Positions 20,001 to 29,777 of a stretch of DNA of 64,000 bases are shown one piece after another. Source of the DNA: an uncultured delta proteobacterium (GTDB lineage: Bacteria > Desulfobacterota > RBG-13-43-22); NCBI GenBank assembly GCA_963790475.1, contig CAWBOS010000010.1:1888001-1952000 (forward strand), in the 5' to 3' direction. Made by a program: the position numbers and the translations under genes. The notes below the pieces were generated by a model that had not been told where the DNA came from, searched no databases, and worked only from the letters and a program-made list of their open reading frames with translations. The stretch's first letter is position 1. Each line of letters starts with the position of its first letter.

Positions 20001-22906
20001 TAAAAGCAGGAGAAAGGCACTGTCAGGGAAGAACCGATCAAAACGGCCTTTTGTTCTGCCAGGGGAAATCACCGGTCAGCGGCCGGGTGATTTTGCAGGC
20101 CGAGGCAGTTGATAACCAAAACAACCTTATTTTCGCCAACCAGGAGATCTGGATTTCGGGAAAAGAAGACCATTGGGATGAAGCCCGTAACGACGATCGT
20201 ATTGATTTAATCCCTGAAAAAAAACACCTGGAACCAGGCGATCTGGCCCGGTTTCAGGTCAAGATGCCTTTCCGGCGGGCCTTAGTCCTCATTACGGTTG
20301 AGCGGGAAGGGGTCCTGGATGCCTATGTAAAAAAAATTAACCGAGAGCATCCGCTGGTGGAAATCCCGGTCAAAAGAAATTATGCGCCCAATGTGTTTGT
20401 CTCGGCCCTGGTGGTCCGGGGCCGGGTGCCGAATACCCGGCCTACAGCCTTATTCGATCCGGGAAAACCGGCCTATAAACTCGGCCTGACGGAAATAAAA
20501 GTCGGTTGGAAACCCCATGAATTAAAGGTTGAAGTTCAGCCGGACAAAAAAATTTATACCCCCCGTGAAACCGTTAAAGCCGGTATCCTGGTCAAAACCG
20601 CTTACGGAAAAATTCCGCCTAAAGGGAGTGAAGTGGCCATAGCTGTGGTCGATGAAGGACTTCTGGAACTGAAGCCCAATGAAAGCTGGAAACTGCTCGA
20701 GGCCATGATGCGGCGGAGGGGATGCGATGTGGACACCTCTACGGCCCAGATGATGGTAGTCGGAAAAAGACATTTCGGACGAAAGGCCCTTCCTCATGGC
20801 GGCGGAGGGGGCCGGCAGCTCACCAGGGAATTATTCGACACCCTGGTTTACTGGAAGGGCAGCGCGGCCTTGGATGAACATGGACAGGCTTCCGTTCAGT
20901 TCCCCCTTAACGATTCCCTGACCTCCTTCAGAATCGTGGCCATAGCCAATGCCGGTGAAGGGTTATTCGGTTCGGGAGGGACCAGCATCAGGACCCATCA
21001 GGATTTAATGATCCTCTCCGGAATTCCCCCTTTAGTCCGGGAAGGGGACCGCTTTAAAGCGGGATTCACAGCCAGAAACGCCTCTCAAAAGGATATGCAG
21101 GTTGAGGCCCGTTTGACGGTCAATACCGTTAATGGGAAAAAAGAGCTGGAGCCCGTAAAGGAAACGATTCCGGCCGGGGAAGCCCGGGAAATAGGTTGGG
21201 AGATTACAGTGCCTTCGGGCCTGGAGAAACTGGACTACGAAGCCGTTATTCAACAGACCGATGGACCGGCTAATGATCGTATAAAAGTCTCTCAAAAAGT
21301 AGCCAGGGCCGTTAAAATCCGGCCCTTCCAGGCCATCCTCACCCGCCTAAAGGATCCCTTTTCCCTGCCGGTCGAGATCCCCGATGGGGCCGTCCCCGGG
21401 CAAGGCGGGATTAATCTTCTTTTCAGGCCCAAACTCTCCCAGGGACTGAACGGGGTCACAGACTATATGAAAGAATACCCTTATAGCTGTCTGGAACAAA
21501 AAATTTCCAGGGCCGTTGTGCTCCAGGAAAAAGAGAACTGGCGGTCCCTGATGTCCTTCTTACCCTCCTATCTGGACGACGACGGGCTGGCAAAATTCTT
21601 TCCCGTTATGCGGCAGGGGGCCGACGGGCTGACCGCTTATCTGCTTTCCGTAAGTCAGGAAGCCGGCCTGGAAATACCCGAGCCCTTAAAGGATAAAATG
21701 ATTAAAGGCCTTAAAGGTTTTATCGAAGGCCGGGTAATCCGCTATTCCGCCCTGCCAACGGCCGACCTCTCCATACGAAAGGTGGCCGCCTTAGAAGCCC
21801 TTTCCCGTTTTGGGGCGGCCGACAAAAGTCTTCTGGGTCCTATTGCCATTGAACCCAATCTCTGGCCCACCTCAGCCGTATTGGATTGGATCAATATCCT
21901 GTCCCGGGTTAAAGATATTCCCGACCGGACCAAAAGATTGTCGGAAACGGAGCACATCCTGCGTTCAAGAATGAATCTTCAGGGAACGGTCTTGAACTTT
22001 TCCACCGAAAGGACAGATAATCTCTGGTGGCTTATGACCACAGCGGATAGCAATGCCGCCAGGGCATTACTCACTACCCTCCGGTTGGATGGTTGGAAAG
22101 AGGATCATCCTAAAATGGCCAATGGTCTGCTGGGAAGAATGAAAAGAGGACATTGGGATACCACTATGGCTAACGTTTGGGGTCTTTTGGCTGTAAAAAA
22201 ATTTGAAACGCTTTATGAATCGGTCGCCGTTACCGGCCGCACCGATGCCTCCCTGGATAAGAAGTCGGAATCCGTAGACTGGGCCAAAAACCCATCCGGG
22301 AGAGAAGTAAACCTGGCCTGGCCCAAGGAAAAAGAAACCCTTCAGATTACCCACCAAGGCAATGGAAGCCCCTGGGCTACGATTCGCAGTCTGGCGGCCA
22401 TACCTTTGAAACAGCCTGTTTCCAGCGGTTATGCGATTAAAAAAACGTGGATACCCGTGGAACAAAAAATGACCAACGCCTGGAGCAAAGGGGATGTGGT
22501 CCGGATCCATCTCGATTTGGAATCTCAGTCCGACATGACCTGGGTGGTGGTCAACGACCCTATACCGGCAGGCTCCATGATATTGGGAAGCGGGTTGGGA
22601 AGGGACGCGGGTACCCAGAGCAGAGGGGAATTGGAGCAGGGGCGGGCCTGGGAAACCTTTCGGGAGCGTTCCTTCGAAGCCCTGAGGGTTTACTATGAAT
22701 TTGTTCCTAAAGGGAAATGGACCGTTGAATACACGGTGCGGCTTAATAACGGGGGGGCTTTTAATTTGCCCGAGACCAGGGTTGAGGCCCTTTATGCACC
22801 GGAGATGTTCGGAGAATTGCCGAACCCCAAGATGGAGATCGGCCATAACCCCAGTCAGGGTTCAAGGGGCAAAGGTCGGGGTTCAAGGTTCAACGTCCAA
22901 AGATAA
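17066..22906 (+). CDS. Bacterial alpha-2-macroglobulin
   Basis: About 1950 aa secreted protein; MG domains (FDRTLFKAGE, FRVEEFR, AVVDEG), thioester motif YPYSCLEQ, C-terminal EALYAPEMFG; adjacent to pbpC. Confidence 0.92.
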   Translation: MKVLLKVFLGLAFYVLLATAAETAQVEQFSPQGTIKDIRQVTAGFSEAMVPFGDPRLQDPFTIDCPEKGKGRWVDGKTWAYDFERDMPAGVMCTFQVKPDLKTLAGVPISGRKLFSFNTGGPSVRGSRPEEGNNWIDENQVFIISLDAEADEASIIQQVYCSVEGIQERVGIRLIQGEERERLFKELKVKKGKIPQVVFQCKQTFPSGSEVKIVWGRGVKTLSAIATREDQLLVFKTRKPFYARFRGKKEKPTGGCIPLLPMKLVFSAPVPWETARQILLKSQPGRIWKPKPGGDGEKQWVDQIIFEGPFPENTSFTVHLPKNLKDDAGRPLSNQDKFPLKIKTDRYPSLAKFSARFGILEWNEGGILPLTVRNLEAEIKAWMTVSEDKQDGPVKKTPDPALKAGESIQTVTPQTGKSLPDQLTQSLKGSIHHLGTDKEEKIIEWLKILKSAKREKSILRDKGGLQKISIPKQGGPNEFEVIGIPLKEPGFHVLELQSEILGARLLGKSIPMYVPAAALVTNLAAHFKWGRASSLVWVTSLDKGEPVKEAEVTVRDCTGKKHWQGKTDETGVAKINVALPTGKNLPRCPDKGEDEEYLPALSGIQGGLFIFAKTQKDMTFTHTSWNEGIESWRFNIPSGDLSGKEGLLAHTVFDRTLFKAGEKVHMKHFLRKPSMKGLSLTSETQEINEVVIEHAGSNQQYVFPLKWRTNGSAETVFKIPDNAKLGTYEVSLASKSNQPKLQFDQKLESGSFRVEEFRIPLMKASVQGPKDPVIKAKEIELDLSVSYLSGGGAAVLLVKVRTEIQPKFISFPDFEDFVFSNGRVKPGIIRPTAYDEEYEEDFDEGDEPGDRSLTKKEKLHTLDLTLDQQGVIRTRLSGLPEIDSPKDLLTELEYKDPNGEIQTVASRIPLYPAQALIGIHSGTNEATQDSLKYTLVVLDLKGQPLPQVEVLVNLLERKTYSYRKRIAGGFYAYENIAEIKAGERHCQGRTDQNGLLFCQGKSPVSGRVILQAEAVDNQNNLIFANQEIWISGKEDHWDEARNDDRIDLIPEKKHLEPGDLARFQVKMPFRRALVLITVEREGVLDAYVKKINREHPLVEIPVKRNYAPNVFVSALVVRGRVPNTRPTALFDPGKPAYKLGLTEIKVGWKPHELKVEVQPDKKIYTPRETVKAGILVKTAYGKIPPKGSEVAIAVVDEGLLELKPNESWKLLEAMMRRRGCDVDTSTAQMMVVGKRHFGRKALPHGGGGGRQLTRELFDTLVYWKGSAALDEHGQASVQFPLNDSLTSFRIVAIANAGEGLFGSGGTSIRTHQDLMILSGIPPLVREGDRFKAGFTARNASQKDMQVEARLTVNTVNGKKELEPVKETIPAGEAREIGWEITVPSGLEKLDYEAVIQQTDGPANDRIKVSQKVARAVKIRPFQAILTRLKDPFSLPVEIPDGAVPGQGGINLLFRPKLSQGLNGVTDYMKEYPYSCLEQKISRAVVLQEKENWRSLMSFLPSYLDDDGLAKFFPVMRQGADGLTAYLLSVSQEAGLEIPEPLKDKMIKGLKGFIEGRVIRYSALPTADLSIRKVAALEALSRFGAADKSLLGPIAIEPNLWPTSAVLDWINILSRVKDIPDRTKRLSETEHILRSRMNLQGTVLNFSTERTDNLWWLMTTADSNAARALLTTLRLDGWKEDHPKMANGLLGRMKRGHWDTTMANVWGLLAVKKFETLYESVAVTGRTDASLDKKSESVDWAKNPSGREVNLAWPKEKETLQITHQGNGSPWATIRSLAAIPLKQPVSSGYAIKKTWIPVEQKMTNAWSKGDVVRIHLDLESQSDMTWVVVNDPIPAGSMILGSGLGRDAGTQSRGELEQGRAWETFRERSFEALRVYYEFVPKGKWTVEYTVRLNNGGAFNLPETRVEALYAPEMFGELPNPKMEIGHNPSQGSRGKGRGSRFNVQR

Positions 22907-22918
22907 AGGATAAAGGTT
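22856..22918 (+). repeat. 7-mer tandem array overlapping the A2M 3' end
   Basis: cagggttcaaggggcaaaggtcggggttcaaggttcaacgtccaaag. Confidence 0.6.
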
Positions 22919-22985
22919 TCATGAAAACTTTATCCTCTGAAAAGGATATCCATGAGATCCTCGGTCTCTTGAGGTCTTTATATTT

Positions 22986-25124
22986 ATGAAAAAAGTTAGA
23001 ATCATAAAATGGGCCGGATTGGTTTTGGCCCTGGCCCTTGTCCTGCCGATGATTTTGGTCCTGACTGCCGGGGATTTTAAAAAACCACCTTCCTTTGAAA
23101 AGGCAAAGGCCTCCTATAAAGAATCGGAGGCCTTGCTGTTGGACCGTCACGGCCGGGTCATCCACCAGATGAGAATCGATGCCCAGGGCCGGAGATTGGA
23201 GTGGGTCGATCTCCAGTCCATTTCTCCGGCCCTTATCCGGGCCGTCCTTTATGTAGAGGACCGTCGATTCTATCGCCATTCAGGAGTCGATTGGCCCGGG
23301 ATATTTTTCTCTGTTTTAAAAAAACCCCTCTCTTCACGAACACGGGGGGCCAGTACGATTACCATGCAGCTTGTGCCCCTGCTCGACAAAAAACAAAAGG
23401 CACCAGGGACGAAACGCACCTTGATACAAAAATGGAACCAGATGCGCGCTGCCCAAGCCCTGGAAAAAGCCTGGTCCAAAACCCAAATCCTGGAGGCCTA
23501 CCTGAATTTGGTTTCCTATAGAAGCGAACTTCAGGGAATCGCCGCGGCCTCAAGAGGCCTTTTCCTTAAGGAGCCCAGCGGCCTTACCGATGCCGAGTCA
23601 ATAATCCTGGCCTCTTTGATCGCCTCTCCCAATGCACCGGCCGAACGCATCGTTAACCGGGCCTGTTACTTTGGCCGTTCCCTGTCTACCCAGACTGACT
23701 GCCAGGCGATTAAAGCCTTGGGAAATATTAGACTTCAATCCCCCTACCCGATTAAACCGGCTATATCCATTGCCCCTCAGGTGGCCCAAATGCTTTTGAA
23801 AGAGGATGAGGCCCGAGTGGTTTCAACCCTTGATGGAAAGCTGCAATCTTTTGCCCTGGAAACCCTCAACCACTATCTGGCGGATCTTAAAGAGGGACAT
23901 GTATCCGACGGGTCGATCCTGGTCGTAGACAACCGGTCCGGAGATATCCTGGCCTATGTCGGAAACAGCGGCCAGACCTCCACCGCCCTCTGGGTCGATG
24001 GAATAATTGCCAAAAGGCAGGCCGGCTCAACGCTAAAACCTTTTCTATATGAACTGGCCATGGAGAAAGGCTTCCTGACACCTGCCTCCCTCCTTGAAGA
24101 TTCCCCGCTCCAGGTCACCACTTCAACCGGTCTTTATGTCCCCCAAAATTACGATGATGGATTCAGAGGTCTGGTGAGTGCCAGAATCGCTCTGTCGGCC
24201 TCGTTGAATATTCCTGCGGTGCGAACCTTGCTTCTGGTGGGTCTGAATCCTTTTTGGGACCGGCTCAGGCACTTGGGCCTGTTAAGTCTTTCAGAAGAAG
24301 CGGAATATTACGGATATTCCCTGGCCCTGGGCTCGGCGGACATCACTCTTTTGGAATTGACCAATGCTTACCGGACCCTGGCCAATGGCGGGAAGTTCAG
24401 CCCCTTGAGGATTCGCCTTGGTCAAAAGGTCGGAAGGCCCAAACCGGCAATGGATAAAAGAGCGGCCTTTCTTATCTCCGATATCCTTTCCGATAGAGGG
24501 GCCCGAAGCACCACCTTCGGACTTGAAAATCCTTTAGCCACCCGGTTCTGGACAGCCGCCAAAACCGGGACCAGCAAGGACATGAGAGACAACTGGTGCC
24601 TCGGCTATTCCGAAAAATACACCGTCGGGGTCTGGTTGGGAAATTTTTCCGGAGAACCGATGAGGAATGTCAGCGGTGTTTCCGGGGCGGCGCCGATCTG
24701 GCTGGCCCTGATGAATTACCTTCATGCCAACCAACCTTCCAATTCCCCAAACCCGCCGGTCGGTGTGACCCTTACCCGGGTGACCTTTCATCAAGAAGTG
24801 GAACCCCCCCGGGAAGAATATTTTATAGGAGGCACAGAACCTGTTTTTCAGGTCAGGGCCGGTTCCCCTTTTCAGAAACCGCAAATCATCTCTCCGGTGG
24901 ATGAAATGCTGATCCACATCGACCCGGAGATCCCGGAAGATCTGCAACGCGTCCTTTTTCAATTTCGTCCGCAGGCACCCCGGGTTCAATGGATGATCAA
25001 CGGCCGAAAAACCGGCATCTTTGATCCTTTCTTCTTATGGAAACCTGAACGGGGCAATTATGTGCTGTCCATTATCGACCCGGAAAACCGGGTGGTGGAT
25101 TCGGTTCAATTCATGGTCAAATAA
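22986..25124 (+). CDS. pbpC: Penicillin-binding protein 1C
   Basis: EDRRFYRHSGVD, GASTITMQL transglycosylase; GSTLKPF, SLN, KTGTS transpeptidase motifs; follows A2M. Confidence 0.92.
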   Translation: MKKVRIIKWAGLVLALALVLPMILVLTAGDFKKPPSFEKAKASYKESEALLLDRHGRVIHQMRIDAQGRRLEWVDLQSISPALIRAVLYVEDRRFYRHSGVDWPGIFFSVLKKPLSSRTRGASTITMQLVPLLDKKQKAPGTKRTLIQKWNQMRAAQALEKAWSKTQILEAYLNLVSYRSELQGIAAASRGLFLKEPSGLTDAESIILASLIASPNAPAERIVNRACYFGRSLSTQTDCQAIKALGNIRLQSPYPIKPAISIAPQVAQMLLKEDEARVVSTLDGKLQSFALETLNHYLADLKEGHVSDGSILVVDNRSGDILAYVGNSGQTSTALWVDGIIAKRQAGSTLKPFLYELAMEKGFLTPASLLEDSPLQVTTSTGLYVPQNYDDGFRGLVSARIALSASLNIPAVRTLLLVGLNPFWDRLRHLGLLSLSEEAEYYGYSLALGSADITLLELTNAYRTLANGGKFSPLRIRLGQKVGRPKPAMDKRAAFLISDILSDRGARSTTFGLENPLATRFWTAAKTGTSKDMRDNWCLGYSEKYTVGVWLGNFSGEPMRNVSGVSGAAPIWLALMNYLHANQPSNSPNPPVGVTLTRVTFHQEVEPPREEYFIGGTEPVFQVRAGSPFQKPQIISPVDEMLIHIDPEIPEDLQRVLFQFRPQAPRVQWMINGRKTGIFDPFFLWKPERGNYVLSIIDPENRVVDSVQFMVK

Positions 25125-25280
25125 TTTTTCCTTTGGCGAATATCCCGTCTTTGGTTGTGTCCTTTTCAAACCAGGACACTATCCTTATCCTTTTTCGTTT
25201 GACAAATTGGAGTTCATGTGTTATTTTTAAAAGATTTAAGATCTTGAAGAGAAGTCTATTGAAATGAAAAGGAGTATTTT

Positions 25281-25970
25281 ATGAAATCAGTATTGATCGG
25301 GATATTGTGCCTTCTGCTCTTGGCCGCACCGGTTTTGGCCGCCGAGAACACGCAACTGAAAAGCCAGAAGGACAAGATAAGTTACACCATAGGGACAAAC
25401 ATAGGGCGGAATATTAAACAACTGCCGATGGAATTAGACCTGGATATTTTTTACAAAGGTTTTAAGGATGCCGTTTCAGGAGGCAAACTTCAGTTGAGCG
25501 AAGCAGAGATGCACACGGTCATGACCGCCTTTCAAAAGGAAATGAACGCCAAGCAAGCGGAAATGATGAAAGTCCAGGGCGAAAAAAACAAGAAAGAAGG
25601 GGAAGCCTTTCTGGCCGAGAACAAAAAAAAGGAAGGCGTTAAGACCCTGGCCAGTGGATTACAATATAAGGTTATTAAGGAGGGAACCGGAAAAACCCCC
25701 AAGGCCACTGATAAGGTGAGCACCCATTACCAAGGTACGCTCATCAACGGTACCGAATTCGACAGCTCCTACAAGAGGGGGGAGCCGGCCACTTTTCCCG
25801 TCAATGGCGTAATCCCCGGCTGGACCGAAGCGCTGCAATTGATGAAGGTCGGGTCCAAATGGCAGCTGTTTGTCCCTTCCAAGCTGGCCTATGGTGAAAA
25901 AGGCGCGGGTCCATTAATTGCCCCGAACGCCGTGCTTATTTTTACCGTGGAACTGTTGGCGATTAAATAA
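25281..25970 (+). CDS. FKBP-type peptidyl-prolyl isomerase (Mip/FkpA-like, secreted)
   Basis: SGLQYKV, HYQGTLINGTEFDSS, VIPGWTEALQLM, LAYGE. Confidence 0.93.
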   Translation: MKSVLIGILCLLLLAAPVLAAENTQLKSQKDKISYTIGTNIGRNIKQLPMELDLDIFYKGFKDAVSGGKLQLSEAEMHTVMTAFQKEMNAKQAEMMKVQGEKNKKEGEAFLAENKKKEGVKTLASGLQYKVIKEGTGKTPKATDKVSTHYQGTLINGTEFDSSYKRGEPATFPVNGVIPGWTEALQLMKVGSKWQLFVPSKLAYGEKGAGPLIAPNAVLIFTVELLAIK

Positions 25971-26028
25971 AGAACCTTCCATCAGCCTGAAGGTTTTTGT
26001 TAAAAAAGAACAAACAATATTTGAAATT

Positions 26029-26130
26029 GGGAATCCAGGAACCAGGAGCCAGAATTCAGGAGAAGAACAACCAACTTAAAATCTCTTATTTTCTTCTGGA
26101 TTCTGGCTCCTGAATTCTGGATTCTGGATT
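26029..26130. repeat. Inverted 7-mer tandem array (GAATCCA/GAATTCA ... TTCTGGA)
   Basis: gaatccaggaaccaggagccagaattcagg ... ttctggattctggctcctgaattctggattctggatt. Confidence 0.8.
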
Positions 26131-26159
26131 TTATTTTTTCTCTTCCCTCGCCTAATTTG

Positions 26160-26517
26160 TCAATAAATCCCCGCCTCGCAGCCGGCGGCTATGGTCCGGC
26201 CCAGTTCTTCGCATCGGGCCAGGATTTCTTCGCTGACCGGACCCTTAGCTACGATTGGCTGATGGATTTTCTTGAATTGATAGCCAAGGCAGATCTTCTC
26301 GATATTCATCAAGGCCCCCTGCCCGTCGTTTCCGGCGCTGATGAAAATCGCATAAGACCAACCCCTGGCAATTCAGAAGATCTTCGTCCCCGGTTTCCGA
26401 TGCCCTTCTAAGAATGGCTTTCACCCCTTCAATCTCCCTTGCCCCTCTGGCCACGGCTTCGGCCATTTTTCGGGTATTACCGCTCTGAGAGTGATAGACG
26501 ATCAAGATGGTTACCAT
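26160..26517 (-). pseudogene. Flavodoxin/WrbA-like gene with an internal deletion and frameshift
   Basis: N-part MVTILIVYHSQSGNTRKMAEAV...LLNCQGLV joins out of frame at about 26355 to YAIFISAGNDGQGAL...CEELGRTIAAGCEAGIY*; the central GSP/KxFFD segment is missing. Confidence 0.8.
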
Positions 26518-26823
26518 AGAGTCTTTACCTTCAAGTTGAAGTTGTTTTATAAGGTTTAACTGACCCCAAAAGTGGAGATCACTTTTGGTAATTTTCAGGA
26601 TACCACAAACCGCTTGCATCATCATCCGCTTTCTCAATTAACCTTCAATCCCAACCATCATTAATTTCCGGCACCGGCTTCAGTCTGTTTATTGAATGGA
26701 TATATGAGTGCAAGACGGACAAGCTGTTTTTGTGTTTGACTTTAACCGTTGGATATGTTTTAATTTGTTTAATATTTAACCGGCATATGGTCCGGTACTC
26801 CTTTTTGAGTTCAGGTATTCGAG

Positions 26824-27459
26824 ATGAAAAAAATCGGGCGACTGCACATATTGACCGACACCTCCCTCCAAAACCATTTTTCCCATGTGGAGCTGGCTAA
26901 ACTGGCCATTGCCGGCAGGGCTGATGCCATCCAGTTTCGCCAGAAATCAGGGGCTGCCAAGGAGATGATCCGGGTCGCCGGGCAGCTGAAGACCTTATGT
27001 CAAAGATCCGGGGTGACCTTTATTGTCAATGACCGGTTGGATTGGGCCTTGGCTTCTCAGGCCGATGGAATTCATCTGGGTCAGGAGGACTTCCCGATCT
27101 CTTTAGCCAGAAAAATATTGGGTGAAAAGGCCATCATCGGCGGATCGGCCGGCACCCTGGAGGAGGCCCGTAAATGTCTCCGGGAAGGTGCGGACTATGT
27201 AGGGTTCGGTCCGGTCTTTCCGACGACCTCCAAAGAAGACGCCGCCCCGGCCAGCGGACTCGATCTCCTGGAGCGGGTCGTAAAAAAGATTGATCTACCA
27301 ATCATAGCCATCGGCGGCATCAATCAGGATAATACCCTCCAGGTGATGCAAACAGGGGTTTACGGGATTGCCGTCATTTCCGCGGTTTGTTGCCAAAAAG
27401 ACCCTAAAGAGGCCACTAGAATTCTGAGAGGCCTACTGGAGTCGGGCCGCCATGCCTGA
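26824..27459 (+). CDS. thiE: Thiamine-phosphate synthase
   Basis: IQFRQK, FIVNDR, GIHLGQED, GPVFPTTSK, IAIGGI. Confidence 0.92.
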   Translation: MKKIGRLHILTDTSLQNHFSHVELAKLAIAGRADAIQFRQKSGAAKEMIRVAGQLKTLCQRSGVTFIVNDRLDWALASQADGIHLGQEDFPISLARKILGEKAIIGGSAGTLEEARKCLREGADYVGFGPVFPTTSKEDAAPASGLDLLERVVKKIDLPIIAIGGINQDNTLQVMQTGVYGIAVISAVCCQKDPKEATRILRGLLESGRHA

Positions 27460-28483
27460 GCGCATAAAGGATATCGGCGAATTCGGGCTGATTCAAAGAA
27501 TCCATGCCCTCCTGGACCGGGAAGGTTCTAAATCCGACAGGGTAACCCTGGGAATCGGCGATGATACGGCTTCCTTCCTTCCCCGCCCCGGATATGAACT
27601 TTTGGTCACCTGTGATTGCCTGGTAGAAGGACGTCACTACCTTCACGCACACATCAGCCCCTTGGACTTAGGACGTCGGGCCATGACCGTGAACATCAGT
27701 GACATCGGGGCCATGGGAGGCAACCCCCTCTATGCCCTGATCTCCTTGGGATTAAAGGCCGACTTTTTAATCCGGGAGATGGAAGAGTTATATCGCGGGT
27801 TTCTTTTGGAGCTGAACCCTTTTGGTGCCTCCATTATCGGAGGAAATCTCACCCAATCGGGGAACGGGATGTTCATCGACATCACCCTGATCGGAGAAGT
27901 GGAACAGGGGAAGGGATTACGGCGCTCCGGAGCCAGGCCGGGGGACATGATCCTGGTGACCGGATATCCGGGCCAGGCGGCTGCCGGTCTTAAGCTCCTG
28001 CTTCGATCCCCGAATGATCTTAAAATACTGGAGCATCCTTTAGTCAAGCAATACAACACCCCTTTTCACCGGGCTCATCTGGGGGCGGCGATTGCCCACG
28101 CAGGATTGGCTTCGGCCATGATCGACATCAGCGATGGGTTCCTGGGAGATTTAGGGCATATCTGTGCGGAGAGTAACGTCGGGGCCGTTTTGGTGAAAGA
28201 AAAATTTCCGGTCAGTGAAGCTCTCCGACAGGCGGCCGATACCTTTCATCAAGATCCCCACGACTTTTTCCTGGGTGACAGCGACGACTACGAATTGATT
28301 ATCACCTGCCAAATAGAGAACGTGGCCTTAATTCGTTCCCTTGCCGCCCAATGTGCTCTTCCGGTCCCCTTGACCGAAGTAGGGAGAATCACCGCTGAGG
28401 CCGGAGAGATATCTTTGATCCTCCCGGATGGTTCAAGACAACCGGTCAGCCCCTCGGGCTGGGATCATTTTCGATTGGGTTAA
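27452..28483 (+). CDS. thiL: Thiamine-monophosphate kinase
   Basis: GEFGLI, GIGDDTA, NISDIGAMGG, GGNLT, MIDISDG, DDYEL, GWDHF. Confidence 0.92.
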   Translation: MPERIKDIGEFGLIQRIHALLDREGSKSDRVTLGIGDDTASFLPRPGYELLVTCDCLVEGRHYLHAHISPLDLGRRAMTVNISDIGAMGGNPLYALISLGLKADFLIREMEELYRGFLLELNPFGASIIGGNLTQSGNGMFIDITLIGEVEQGKGLRRSGARPGDMILVTGYPGQAAAGLKLLLRSPNDLKILEHPLVKQYNTPFHRAHLGAAIAHAGLASAMIDISDGFLGDLGHICAESNVGAVLVKEKFPVSEALRQAADTFHQDPHDFFLGDSDDYELIITCQIENVALIRSLAAQCALPVPLTEVGRITAEAGEISLILPDGSRQPVSPSGWDHFRLG

Positions 28484-28560
28484 TAACCTGTCCATTGAAC
28501 TTAAGGGAATACCTGTTCGTCCTCAAGACGAAGAAACCTTAATAAAGATATCAAAAACTT

Positions 28561-28655
28561 GGGAATCCAGAATTCAGAAGCCAGAATTCAGGATAAACAC
28601 AAAACCTATAAAAGATATCGGGCCTTATTCTGGATTCTGGATTCTGAATTCCTGG
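28561..28655. repeat. Inverted 7-mer tandem array, same type as 26029-26130
   Basis: gaatccagaattcagaagccagaattcagga ... ttctggattctggattctgaattcctg. Confidence 0.8.
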
Positions 28656-28725
28656 CAGGTCATAATTATTTTGCACTCATACATTAGGATAGAATAGAAT
28701 TAAACCACAAGGAGGAAAGTGTTAT

Positions 28726-29544
28726 ATGTTCGATCAAACCCTGGCCCAAAAGGCCGCGGAGAACTTGAAGCGCGTCCGTGAAAAAAGACCACTGGTGCAT
28801 AATATTACCAATTACGTAGTCATGAACTATACGGCCAATGCCCTTTTGGCCTGTGGTGCCTCCCCGGTAATGGCCCATGCCCTGGAAGAGGTGGAGGAAA
28901 TGGTGGCCATGGCCGGGGCCCTGGTGCTCAACATCGGGACCCTGAGCCTTCCCTGGATCGAGGCCATGTTGAAGGCCGGAAAACGGGCCAATGCCCTGAA
29001 GATCCCGGTAATTCTGGACCCGGTTGGTTCGGGGGCCACCAGACTGCGCACTGATTCCACCAAGCGGATCATGAAAGAAATATCGATCCAGGTACTTCGA
29101 GGCAATGCCTCGGAGGTCCTCTCTCTGGCCGGAGAGAGGACAAGTTCAACCACCAAAGGGGTGGATTCTGTTCACACTGTGGATCAGGCCACAGAAACGG
29201 CTATGTCCCTGTCCCAGGAACTGAAGACCACACTGGCCATCACCGGGGCCGTGGATTTGATCACCGACGGTAAGCAGGTTTATCGGGTTGAGAACGGGCA
29301 TGCCCTGATGGGCTGTGTCACCGGTACCGGCTGTACGGCCACGGCCCTGATCGCCGCTTTCCTGGCCGTGGATCCGGATTCTTTAGAAGCGGCCGCCACA
29401 GGATTATCTTATTTCGGTTTGGCCGGTGAAAAGGCAGCTGCCCAGGCCTCCGGTCCCGGCAGCTTCCAGATAGCCTTGCTTGATGCCCTTTACCTCATGA
29501 AAGAAGAAGTGCTAAAGGCGGGGGCCAAGATTCGGATAGGATGA
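28726..29544 (+). CDS. thiM: Hydroxyethylthiazole kinase
   Basis: PLVHNITNYVVMNYTANALLACGASPVMA, NIGTL, LDPVGSGAT, RGNASE, VTGTGC. Confidence 0.95.
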   Translation: MFDQTLAQKAAENLKRVREKRPLVHNITNYVVMNYTANALLACGASPVMAHALEEVEEMVAMAGALVLNIGTLSLPWIEAMLKAGKRANALKIPVILDPVGSGATRLRTDSTKRIMKEISIQVLRGNASEVLSLAGERTSSTTKGVDSVHTVDQATETAMSLSQELKTTLAITGAVDLITDGKQVYRVENGHALMGCVTGTGCTATALIAAFLAVDPDSLEAAATGLSYFGLAGEKAAAQASGPGSFQIALLDALYLMKEEVLKAGAKIRIG

Positions 29545-29777
29545 CCTCTCTCGAATAACCTACCTGCAAAAAATTGCAGTTACCGTTTTTCAGAAGGGGG
29601 CAAAAATGCTCTTTAGGAACAACTTTCTGGAAGAGGCCCTTCTGAAAATAATCCCAAAACCGAAACCATTTGATATTTTGGTGTAATAATCCAAAAGCGC
29701 CACCCGGCCAGACGCATTTTTTATGGACATTTTTTACAATTTATGGTTAATTCATCTTTTTTAGGAGAAAAGGGGTA

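Noticed and set aside
17066-25124. A2M-pbpC as a novel system
   Set aside because: A well-known conserved gene pair.
26640-26823. TPP riboswitch upstream of thiE
   Set aside because: Conserved aptamer core not found by eye.
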